Assembly: GCA_026396115.1 (NCBI GenBank)
Contig: JAPLXL010000005.1
Span: 2,967 to 66,966, forward strand
Direction of reading: 5' to 3'
Length of the DNA stretch: 64,000 nucleotides
Source of the DNA: Candidatus Nealsonbacteria bacterium
GTDB lineage: Bacteria; Patescibacteriota; Minisyncoccia; Minisyncoccales; RBG-13-42-11
Shown here: one piece after another, positions 54,274 through 62,044 of the stretch
How positions within the stretch are numbered: the stretch's first letter is position 1
How the letters are laid out: the number at the start of each line of letters is the position of its first letter
The notes under the pieces: generated by a model
The model's input: only the letters and a program-made list of their open reading frames with translations
What the model was told of the DNA's origin: nothing
The model's database searches: none
Position numbers and translations under genes: made by a program

Positions 54274-55527
54274 ATGGAAGAAGAATATCAACAAAAATCT
54301 GAGAAAATTTTCTCCGTTTCGGAGTTTATAACGCTTCTGAATATAGGACTTAATAAGTCCCAAGTTAAAATGATTGGAGAAGTAAGCGAGGCAAAGATCA
54401 ATTCGTCTGGCCATGTTTATTTTGTGTTAAAAGATAAAAAAGATGGAAGCGTAATAAATTGTGCAATCTGGAAACATAGATATGCGATATATGGAATCAA
54501 GTTGAAGGAGGGAATGGAGATTATTGTTTTTGGCCACCCCAATATACATAAAACTTATGGATTTTCTTTTATAGTCGAAACGGTTGAGTTGGCCGGGGAG
54601 GGAGCTTTAAAAAAAGAATACGAGAGATTGAAAAAGAAACTGACAGAAGAAGGGCTTTTTGCCGAGGAAAGAAAAAAACTGATTCCAAAATATTGCCGCA
54701 AGGTGGGTCTGATTACCTCAAAACAGGGTGCGGCTCTGGGGGATTTTTTAAGCAATTTGGGAAAATACGGATTTCAGATAAAAATGATTGATTCACGCGT
54801 TGAGGGGCAGGAAGCAGTTACCGAACTTTTGCGCTCAATAAAGACATTCAGAAATCAGGATATAGATGTTTTAGCCATAATCCGCGGGGGAGGATCGGCT
54901 GAATCTTTGGAAGTATTCAATAATGAATTGCTGGTCAGGGAGGTGGCAAAATTTCCGGTTCCGGTAATCGCGGGCATTGGACACGACAAAGACGAGCCGT
55001 TGGTTGCCTTGGCGGCCGACGCTTCGGAATCCACTCCTACTGCCGTTGCCAACCTGCTTAATGAATCATGGGAAGAAGCCCTCCTGCGTTTGGAGAGATA
55101 TGAGAGGGGAATTTTGGGATACTTTGAGGAAATTTTTGAAAAATATAGAAACGCAGAGCGCTCATTAATGATTTCTTTTGGGAACTTTAAAAATGCTTTA
55201 TTAAATGTTAAAATGAATTTAAGAAATTCGGTTAATAAATCTCTTTCTGGATTTAAATCATTATTATCAAAAATTAATCAGCAGCTGGAACACGCTGAAA
55301 AAGTAGTTAATCTTAATAATCCGGTGCGGCAATTAATGCTCGGTTACAGTATTGCCAGATGTCATGGCAGAATAATTAGAACCGTGAAAAATACCAAAAT
55401 AGGGGACAATATAGACATTCAAGTAATTGATGGAAAAATTAATTCGGAGGCGAAGAGAATTTCATTCTCTTCTTCACCTTCGCCCCTCCTCCAAAAAAGG
55501 GGCTCGGTAAGTAAAAAATATAAGTAA
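54274..55527 (+). CDS. xseA: Exodeoxyribonuclease VII large subunit
   Basis: OB-fold N-terminus (VSEFITLLN...GEVSE...SGHVYFVLKD), RGGGS, GIGHD. The C-terminal ~25 aa are repeat-derived. Confidence 0.9.
   Translation: MEEEYQQKSEKIFSVSEFITLLNIGLNKSQVKMIGEVSEAKINSSGHVYFVLKDKKDGSVINCAIWKHRYAIYGIKLKEGMEIIVFGHPNIHKTYGFSFIVETVELAGEGALKKEYERLKKKLTEEGLFAEERKKLIPKYCRKVGLITSKQGAALGDFLSNLGKYGFQIKMIDSRVEGQEAVTELLRSIKTFRNQDIDVLAIIRGGGSAESLEVFNNELLVREVAKFPVPVIAGIGHDKDEPLVALAADASESTPTAVANLLNESWEEALLRLERYERGILGYFEEIFEKYRNAERSLMISFGNFKNALLNVKMNLRNSVNKSLSGFKSLLSKINQQLEHAEKVVNLNNPVRQLMLGYSIARCHGRIIRTVKNTKIGDNIDIQVIDGKINSEAKRISFSSSPSPLLQKRGSVSKKYK
55449..55508 (-). repeat. Hairpin repeat family copy (B) forming the XseA C-terminus
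   Basis: ggcgaagagaatttcattctcttcttcaccttcgcccctcctccaaaaaaggggctcggt, translated as EAKRISFSSSPSPLLQKRGSV. Confidence 0.8.
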
Positions 55528-55553
55528 AAAAATATAGCGAAGAATTAAAAATT

Positions 55554-55787
55554 ATGGCAAAAGAAAAACCAGACACAAAAAATTTAAATAATAGTCTTAA
55601 ACGTCTATTTGAAATTACCGAATGGTTTGACAACCAGGAAGAAATTGATGTTGAAGAAGGATTAAAAAAGGTAAAAGAAGCGGCAGAGCTTATTAAAGCC
55701 AGCAAAGAACGACTTAAAACTGTTGAAAATGAGTTTGAGGAAATCAAAAAAGAAATAGATATTGAGGAGGAAAAAGAACAAATATGA
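55554..55787 (+). CDS. xseB: Exodeoxyribonuclease VII small subunit
   Basis: 77 aa, helical, directly downstream of xseA. LKRLFEITEWFDN...EEGLKKVKEAAELIK. Confidence 0.8.
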   Translation: MAKEKPDTKNLNNSLKRLFEITEWFDNQEEIDVEEGLKKVKEAAELIKASKERLKTVENEFEEIKKEIDIEEEKEQI

Positions 55788-55924
55788 GAAAATCGAGAAA
55801 GTATTCGACAAAAAAAGTTCTTAGTAAGAAGATATTTTTTCCTCAGATAACCAAATTCAGGGTGAGAAGCGTAGCGGCGAGATTGGAACATCGAAGAGTG
55901 GAAGGAAAAAGAAATAAATAAAAG

Positions 55925-55964
55925 GGATCGCCCCGCTTACATCGGGACGATTTTTTAGTATAAT
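55925..55964 (+). promoter_or_regulatory. Hairpin plus T-run fused to TATAAT; rlmN ATG 7 nt downstream (leaderless candidate)
   Basis: gatCGCCCCGcttacatCGGGACGattttttagTATAAT, then tttcact, then ATG (55972). Confidence 0.55.
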
Positions 55965-55971
55965 TTTCACT

Positions 55972-57027
55972 ATGGATTTAATACAATTTCAAAAATTATT
56001 TAAGAAAGAACCAAGATATCGTTCGGAGCAAGCTAAAAGATCCCTTTTCCGGGATTTAATTCAAAACTGGCAGGAAGCGGTGACCCTACCCTTAAGTTTA
56101 AGAGAAGAATTAAATAAAAAATGTCCGATTGAAATATCGGCAAAAACATTTTTTTCTAAAGACAAAAATACAATAAAAGCTCTTCTTACTCTAAAAGATG
56201 GTCTGAAAATTGAAACAGTTTTGATGCGTCATAAAGATAAAAGAAATACCATTTGCGTTTCTTCTCAGGTTGGTTGTCCTCTGAAGTGTTCTTTTTGTGC
56301 CACAGGAAAGATAGGATTTGAAAGAAACCTAGAGATTTGGGAAATTGTTGAACAAGTTTTATTTTTCGCCCGTTATTTGAAAAAAATTAAAGAGACGGTC
56401 AGTAATATTGTCTTTATGGGAATGGGAGAGCCATTTTTAAATTATCAGAATGTAATAGGGGCAATAAAAATCTTGAACGATAGAGATGGATTTAATTTAG
56501 GAGCAAGGCATTTTTCAATCTCTACTGTTGGAATTGTTGAGGGAGGGATTGAAGAATTAGCCAAAGAAAAATTACAGATAAATTTAGCTATTTCTCTTCA
56601 TGCGCCAAATGACGAACTCCGTTCAAAATTGATGCCGATTAACAAAAAATATCCTATCAAGAAGATTTTAAATGCGGTAGACGACTACATTAAGAAGACT
56701 CGGCGGCGGGTAATGTTTGAGTATATAATGATAAAGAATTTAAATGATTCTGAAGAACACGCTCAAACATTAGCCGGGTTGATGAAAAAACCTCTTTATT
56801 TTGTTAATCTAATTTCTTATAACCCAACTGGAATTTTTAAACCTTCCTCCTCCCGAGCAACAGCGAAGGGGGAAGAAGAAAATCTATTTTCTTCGCCCTC
56901 TTTAAGAATTAAAAAATTTAAAGAAATCTTAGAAAAAGAGGGTGTGATGGTTACCCAGAGATATCGTTTTGGCGAAGATATTGAGGCTGCTTGTGGCCAA
57001 CTGGTGGCTAAAGATGGGAGAAAATAA
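55972..57027 (+). CDS. rlmN: 23S rRNA/tRNA adenine-C2 methyltransferase RlmN (radical SAM)
   Basis: CVSSQVGCPLKCSFCATG, GMGEPFLNY, C-terminal ...AACGQL. Confidence 0.9.
   Translation: MDLIQFQKLFKKEPRYRSEQAKRSLFRDLIQNWQEAVTLPLSLREELNKKCPIEISAKTFFSKDKNTIKALLTLKDGLKIETVLMRHKDKRNTICVSSQVGCPLKCSFCATGKIGFERNLEIWEIVEQVLFFARYLKKIKETVSNIVFMGMGEPFLNYQNVIGAIKILNDRDGFNLGARHFSISTVGIVEGGIEELAKEKLQINLAISLHAPNDELRSKLMPINKKYPIKKILNAVDDYIKKTRRRVMFEYIMIKNLNDSEEHAQTLAGLMKKPLYFVNLISYNPTGIFKPSSSRATAKGEEENLFSSPSLRIKKFKEILEKEGVMVTQRYRFGEDIEAACGQLVAKDGRK
56851..56897 (+). repeat. Hairpin repeat family copy (A) in-frame inside rlmN
   Basis: tcccgagcaacagcgaagggggaagaagaaaatctattttcttcgcc, translated as SRATAKGEEENLFSSP. 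Confidence 0.8.
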
Positions 57028-57082
57028 AAAATCGCCAAGAAGGCGGTTTTAAGGTTGACATTTTTTTAAAAAAGTTTATACT
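57026..57082 (+). promoter_or_regulatory. Conserved terminator-hairpin module fused to a TTGACA-16-TATACT promoter
   Basis: aaaaaatCGCCaagaaGGCGgttttaagg, then TTGACA (57055-57060). Confidence 0.55.
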
Positions 57083-57152
57083 CAAAAACTGAAACTAGTT
57101 TTCATAAATTCGTTCGTTTAAAATTAAAAAATAGTTCAATCAAGGGAGATGA

Positions 57153-57752
57153 ATGAAGATGAAAGAATGGGTTGATATGGAAGGGAATCTTGTTTTTGAA
57201 ACAGGTTCAAAACAAATTAGTATTAACATTTTTAAAATGAGAGGTTTGACGGGGGCAAATATTAGATCTGTGTTCGGTCGCATTAAATCTTTAGGAGGCA
57301 GACTTTCCGATGATGGAGAAGCGTTTAAGAAAGAAAACAAAAAAGAAGGATGGATTTGTTTAAATCTTGACATGATTGTTAATCCGAAAGATAAAAATTC
57401 AACTGTTCAGAGAAAAATCATTGACGTTTTATCTCATGAAGCAAGACACATTACTCAACCTGAATCCAAAAGTGGATTATTAGAATTTTGCCGGAAGTTG
57501 TACATAATCTTTTTTTTGCCTCTCGCGATAATAAGTGCACTAGATGTAATTGCTCTAATTGTTTTTTGGGCAAAAGAATTTAGTGCTCCAATTTATGTTC
57601 TCTTAATTTTTTTTCCTACATTCTTAATTTTTATAGATATTTTTTATTTTTTAGACCCTAAAGAAAGAGATGCGAGAAAGTTTGCTAAAAAGGCAATTAA
57701 AGATAAAAGGTGGTTAGAGATCGTTCAGGTAAAAGAGGTAAAAGAAAAATAA
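57153..57752 (+). CDS. Hypothetical membrane protein with an HExxH motif
   Basis: LSHEARHITQ followed by two or three TM helices. Confidence 0.45.
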   Translation: MKMKEWVDMEGNLVFETGSKQISINIFKMRGLTGANIRSVFGRIKSLGGRLSDDGEAFKKENKKEGWICLNLDMIVNPKDKNSTVQRKIIDVLSHEARHITQPESKSGLLEFCRKLYIIFFLPLAIISALDVIALIVFWAKEFSAPIYVLLIFFPTFLIFIDIFYFLDPKERDARKFAKKAIKDKRWLEIVQVKEVKEK

Positions 57753-57825
57753 AATAAGGACATTTTCAAAAAATGTCCTTATTATTTTTAATGTGGAGGA
57801 AAAGCGGTAGATACGGTAAAAATAG

Positions 57826-57930
57826 CTTTGGAACACACAAATTCATCCCGTTATCGTTGATAAACGCCTCAGAGAGCTAAATTACGGCGATTTTAACGGT
57901 AAGCCAAGCGAGATTGTAGAACCAATGAGG
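57826..57930 (+). pseudogene. Remnant of a histidine-phosphatase (phosphoglycerate-mutase-family) gene
   Basis: A short open frame reads ...HPVIVDKRLRELNYGDFNGKPSEIVEPMR, matching the family's 'd.rL.E..fG.weG' segment. No start codon and no N-terminal RHG region. Confidence 0.35.
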
Positions 57931-57942
57931 GCGGTTTTTTAT

Positions 57943-57971
57943 TTGACATTTTTGATACTTTATATTATAAA
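57943..57971 (+). promoter_or_regulatory. Promoter
   Basis: TTGACA, 17-nt spacer, TATAAA, preceded by gagggcggtttttt. Confidence 0.55.
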
Positions 57972-58043
57972 CAATATAGATAATAGCTTTTTAAAAATTA
58001 GGCATCAGAATAGAATTTTAAATTTTAAAAGGAGGTAGGAACA

Positions 58044-58865
58044 ATGAAAAACAGGAGGGTAGTTTTGATAACCGGAGCTTCTTCCGGTTTCGGGAGGGCT
58101 ACTGCTGAATATTTAACTGAAAGGGGTTATTGGGTTTTTGGAACCAGCCGTCATCCTAAAAAACTAGAACCATTTGATACTGAAAAGTGGCAAGAAATTA
58201 TCAAAATGGATGTAAATTGCAATGAATCGGTTAAAAAGGGGATCGTTTTCGTGATGCAAAAAGCCGGCAGAATAGATATTTTAATAAATAACGCTGGCTT
58301 CGGTCTTACAGGAAGCATCGAAGACACTTCATTAAAAGAAGCAAGACATCAGTTTGAAACGAATTTTTGGGGAATGGATCGGACTTGCCTCCAGATTATT
58401 CCCATTATGAGAAAGCAAGGGTCTGGTTATATCATTAATATCAGCTCCTTGGCCGGTCTGGTAGGTATTCCTTTCCAAGCTTTTTACTCGGCAAGTAAAT
58501 TTGCCGTCGAAGGATTTACTGAAACACTAAGAATGGAAGTAAAGCCTTTCGGCATAAAAGTGGTTCTTCTTGAACCTGGAGATTTTAACACTCCTCTTAC
58601 TTTTAATCGTCAAAAAACAAAGGAGGCACAGGAAAAAACAGTTTATTGGGAAAGTTTTCAGAAAGCCCTAAGTGCGGCTGAGGAATCAGAAATAAAGGGG
58701 GGGTCTCCTAAAAAAATTGCTCAGTTAATAGAGAGAATAATAAACACTGATAAACCAAAATTACGTTATAAAATCGGACCCAGCTCAACTCTGGTTTCGT
58801 TGAAAGCTTTCATTCCTGCTCGTATTTGTGAATACTTAATAATGAAAACTTTCAAGCTCCTTTGA
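58044..58865 (+). CDS. Short-chain dehydrogenase/reductase (SDR)
   Basis: VLITGASSGFGRA, NNAG, YSASKFAVEG. Confidence 0.85.
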   Translation: MKNRRVVLITGASSGFGRATAEYLTERGYWVFGTSRHPKKLEPFDTEKWQEIIKMDVNCNESVKKGIVFVMQKAGRIDILINNAGFGLTGSIEDTSLKEARHQFETNFWGMDRTCLQIIPIMRKQGSGYIINISSLAGLVGIPFQAFYSASKFAVEGFTETLRMEVKPFGIKVVLLEPGDFNTPLTFNRQKTKEAQEKTVYWESFQKALSAAEESEIKGGSPKKIAQLIERIINTDKPKLRYKIGPSSTLVSLKAFIPARICEYLIMKTFKLL

Positions 58866-58872
58866 AAACTAA

Positions 58873-58909
58873 AAAGCGGTGAGGTTTCTGCCAATACCCG
58901 CTTTTTTAT
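58873..58909 (+). terminator. Rho-independent terminator
   Basis: AAAGCGG...CCGCTTT followed by ttttatttt. Confidence 0.7.
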
Positions 58910-59048
58910 TTTTAGGCTTTAAAAACTCAAAATATAAATTAAGATTACTTAAATACTGAAATAAATATTGACAATTGGCAAAATATATTTTATTATATAA
59001 TATTCTATTAGGATATTTTTTCATTAGATCTTTAAAAAGGAGGTATGG

Positions 59049-59153
59049 ATGATGAGAAATTTATTGAAATGGTTATTTTCAGAGGAATGTTTATTTTGGA
59101 TTATTTTACTGACGGCTCTATTATTTATCTTTCTTAGGTGGCGTACAATATAG
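59049..59153 (+). CDS. Possible 34-aa single-TM peptide
   Basis: SD aaaaaggaggt upstream. Reads MMRNLLKWLFSEECLFWIILLTALLFIFLRWRTI. Not in the ORF track because it is too short. Confidence 0.3.
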   Translation: MMRNLLKWLFSEECLFWIILLTALLFIFLRWRTI

Positions 59154-59192
59154 TTTTTAGTTAATAATTTTTAAGAAAGGAGAAAAAGTAGT

Positions 59193-59444
59193 ATGAAAAA
59201 TTTTGGAGAGGATAAAACCGGAATATTTAGATACGAAGTAGGGATTAAAGAACTGGAAGAAATAATATTTCTCAAATCGTTTAAATGGGGTAGTACAACC
59301 AATGCTTCTTTTATAAAATTCATCGAAAAATTAGAAGACGAGAATATCAAATACGCCATTGAAGCGAATAGTGCGTTCAAATGCCAAAACGTCTATATAG
59401 AAAGAAAAGATAAGCCAAAAATTAGCTTGTTAAAATTACTGTAG
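59193..59444 (+). CDS. Hypothetical protein
   Basis: 83-aa ORF with SD aaaggagaaaaag. Confidence 0.45.
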   Translation: MKNFGEDKTGIFRYEVGIKELEEIIFLKSFKWGSTTNASFIKFIEKLEDENIKYAIEANSAFKCQNVYIERKDKPKISLLKLL

Positions 59445-59521
59445 GTCGGGGAAAATCTCGACCTATTTATTTTGGTTTATGTTTTTAGGAAGCTATTCTA
59501 TGCAGTTTTTAGGGGATTATT

Positions 59522-59556
59522 TAAAAAGTCGCTAAAAGGGCGTTTTTTTGGTAGAA
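59522..59556 (+). promoter_or_regulatory. Conserved terminator-hairpin / extended -10 module
   Basis: aaaaagtCGCtaaaaggGCGtttttttGGTAGAAT. Confidence 0.55.
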
Positions 59557-59589
59557 TATAGTATAAAGAGTTTCTACTAAAATTAATTT

Positions 59590-60381
59590 ATGATAATAGA
59601 TAGCCACGTTCATATATCCTATCTAAAAAAGAAAAAAAGCTTCTTTCAAATAAAGGATGATTTGTTATTGAATATGAGACAAAACAAAATTGATTATTCT
59701 ATTGTAATTCCAGATAACATATCGAATTCCCAATGTGCAGACCTTCAAGTGGTTATGGATTTAATAAAAAATAAATCAAATCTATACATGATCGGAACGA
59801 TAAGAATTGCTCAAATTAACAAAATAAACCTCTTGGAAATTGAAAAGTTATTTCAACTAAAAATTATTAGGGGCTTTAAGATTTTCCCCGGCCATGATCC
59901 TATTTATCCGACAGATAAAAGGTGGCATCCTGTTTATAAATTATGTATAAAATATGACTTTCCGTTAATTATTCATACCGGAATTAATGTCGGCAATAGA
60001 AAATGTGCCAGATATAATAACCCTAAACATATTATTAAAATTGCTAAAAAATATCCCAAATTAAAAATTATTATCGCTCATTATTTTTGGCCTAAATTAG
60101 ATTATTGTTTTTCAATAACCAATGGTTTCAATAATATTTACTTTGACACTTCCGGATTAGCCGATCCAGAAGTAGTAAAGATAAGCGGAGGTATCAAAAA
60201 AATAAAAGGAATTTTGATAAAGACAATAAAACGTCGAGCCGAAAGCGTACTCTTTGGAACCGATTGGCCGATGTGTAATGTTAAAAAACATATAAATTTA
60301 GTAAACTCTTTGGATATAACAAAGGAAGAAAAAAATAAGATTTTTTATAAGAATTCTCGACACCTCTTTAGGTTGAAGTGA
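59590..60381 (+). CDS. Amidohydrolase-family (TIM-barrel metal-dependent) hydrolase
   Basis: MIIDSHVHI N-terminus, later HTG and IIAH motifs, FGTDWP. Confidence 0.7.
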   Translation: MIIDSHVHISYLKKKKSFFQIKDDLLLNMRQNKIDYSIVIPDNISNSQCADLQVVMDLIKNKSNLYMIGTIRIAQINKINLLEIEKLFQLKIIRGFKIFPGHDPIYPTDKRWHPVYKLCIKYDFPLIIHTGINVGNRKCARYNNPKHIIKIAKKYPKLKIIIAHYFWPKLDYCFSITNGFNNIYFDTSGLADPEVVKISGGIKKIKGILIKTIKRRAESVLFGTDWPMCNVKKHINLVNSLDITKEEKNKIFYKNSRHLFRLK

Positions 60382-60434
60382 TTTAATATAAAAATATAAA
60401 ATAAAAATGAGGTCATCAATTTTTCTTAATGACC

Positions 60435-61748
60435 TCATTCAATGAGTTGGTAAGTGCTATACTCCAATCCTTCTTCAATCAGCTGTTTATAAACATCCAT
60501 TATTCGTTTCCGCGAGACCGTAGGATCAACTTCGAAAGGATAATTATAGACCGTTTTCGTAAAATCATCCCATTGGGTCCAATCTTTTTGTGCTATCCAT
60601 TGCGATGTTTCACGATATAACTCTGTATTGGGAAATGGTGTGAGAAAAGAAAAATTTAACAAACTCGGCCTAATTTTTCGCACTAAATCTATAGTTAAGT
60701 TAATATCCTCTTTTCTTTCTCCGGGAACACCGACGATTAAATAAGCTCCAGCCCGTAATCCTACTTCGTGGCAAGCAATAAAGGTTCTGATTACTTCTTC
60801 ACGAGTAAAGCCCTTTTTAAGAAAGGATAGAATTCTATTGCTTCCCGACTCAACACCAAAAAGTAATTCAGTGCAACCTGCTTCTTTCATTGCAGAGAGC
60901 ATCTCTAAGTCAACTATCCCTACTTTACCTTGAGCACTCCATTTTAAGAGTAGAGTTCTTTGTTTAATTTCTTGGCAAATCATCATAATCTTTTCTTGCT
61001 GTAGTGTAAACAAATCATCAAATAGAAATATATCGTCGGGATGATATTGTTCCCAAAGTTGTTGCATCTCATCGACTACTAGTTTTGGGTTTCGGTATCG
61101 ATAGGTACGACCAATCACTGACTTGTCACAAAAGATACAGCCGAACGGGCATCCTCGGGAAGTAATCATGTGCAGAGATGTCATATTGGTATTCTCTTGC
61201 CATATTTTTAGATAAAGCGGTACATTGAATAATTCTCTGGCAGGAAACGGTAATAAATCCAATTCCGGAAGTGAAACGCTGGATTTGGTTTGTATTAATT
61301 TTCCACCGTCCACAAAAACAATATTTGGAATCTCCTCAAGATTGCCGTCTCGCTTAAAACAAGTTATTAACTGTTTCAGGGTTAACTCGCCTTCTCCGCG
61401 GACAAAAATGTCGAATTTCCCCATTGTAAATAATTCTGGCAATGTCAAAGAATGAGGGCCATAACCTCCGACGATTATTTTACATAAAGGTGAACTCGCT
61501 TTTACTAAATTAGCAATTCTTCCAGCCTCCTTCATCTGCCGTAGAGTAGCCGAAATACAAACTACTTCGCTATTTATCCCGGTAATTGCTTTTTCATAGC
61601 TTTCGCTACTAAGAATTTGCCCGTCAATACAATTTATATCATCCACTAAATCTTGAATACTAGCAGCTAAGTATCCAATCCCCAATGGTAGATATGGTGT
61701 ACGGTCGTAATAGTAAAAAATTTTAGGATAAACAAAGGTCACTTTCAT
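60435..61748 (-). CDS. B12-binding-domain radical SAM enzyme (class B rSAM)
   Basis: N-terminal Rossmann/B12-like half (LPLGIGYLAA, IIVGGYGPH), then SRGCPFGCIFCD (CxxxCxxC) and GVESGS. Confidence 0.85.
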   Translation of the reverse strand: MKVTFVYPKIFYYYDRTPYLPLGIGYLAASIQDLVDDINCIDGQILSSESYEKAITGINSEVVCISATLRQMKEAGRIANLVKASSPLCKIIVGGYGPHSLTLPELFTMGKFDIFVRGEGELTLKQLITCFKRDGNLEEIPNIVFVDGGKLIQTKSSVSLPELDLLPFPARELFNVPLYLKIWQENTNMTSLHMITSRGCPFGCIFCDKSVIGRTYRYRNPKLVVDEMQQLWEQYHPDDIFLFDDLFTLQQEKIMMICQEIKQRTLLLKWSAQGKVGIVDLEMLSAMKEAGCTELLFGVESGSNRILSFLKKGFTREEVIRTFIACHEVGLRAGAYLIVGVPGERKEDINLTIDLVRKIRPSLLNFSFLTPFPNTELYRETSQWIAQKDWTQWDDFTKTVYNYPFEVDPTVSRKRIMDVYKQLIEEGLEYSTYQLIE

Positions 61749-61836
61749 TAATATATCCTCCTCGTATAAAGATTTTAAAGAGCTGTTTAATAAATATTAA
61801 CCTAATCTATTGAAAAAGACAAGAAACACTCTGATT

Positions 61837-61884
61837 AAAAAAAATAACTGAGGATTAGATGAAATTATTCATCTAGATCCTCAG
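61837..61884 (-). terminator. Strong rho-independent terminator directly after the small peptide gene
   Basis: Minus-strand reading: CTGAGGATcTAGATGAA-taat-TTCATCTAATCCTCAG, followed by ttatttttttt. Confidence 0.8.
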
Positions 61885-61897
61885 CTTTGAACGGGCC

Positions 61898-62008
61898 CTA
61901 TTTTTTCTTGCCAGCGGCCCTTTTGGACTTCTTGGCGGACGGGATTTTCTTCCGTACGCTAAGTGAAGTCACCTTCTTGCTGTCGAGAACAGCCTTGCAC
62001 TTTGACAT
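61898..62008 (-). CDS. 36-aa Lys/Ser-rich peptide (candidate precursor or accessory peptide of the rSAM cluster)
   Basis: Manual translation: MSKCKAVLDSKKVTSLSVRKKIPSAKKSKRAAGKKK*. SD aagggggtga lies 7 nt upstream. Absent from the ORF track (below the size cutoff). Confidence 0.5.
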   Translation of the reverse strand: MSKCKAVLDSKKVTSLSVRKKIPSAKKSKRAAGKKK

Positions 62009-62044
62009 AGCCTTTCACCCCCTTTCTTTTCTGTTTGTGTGAAA

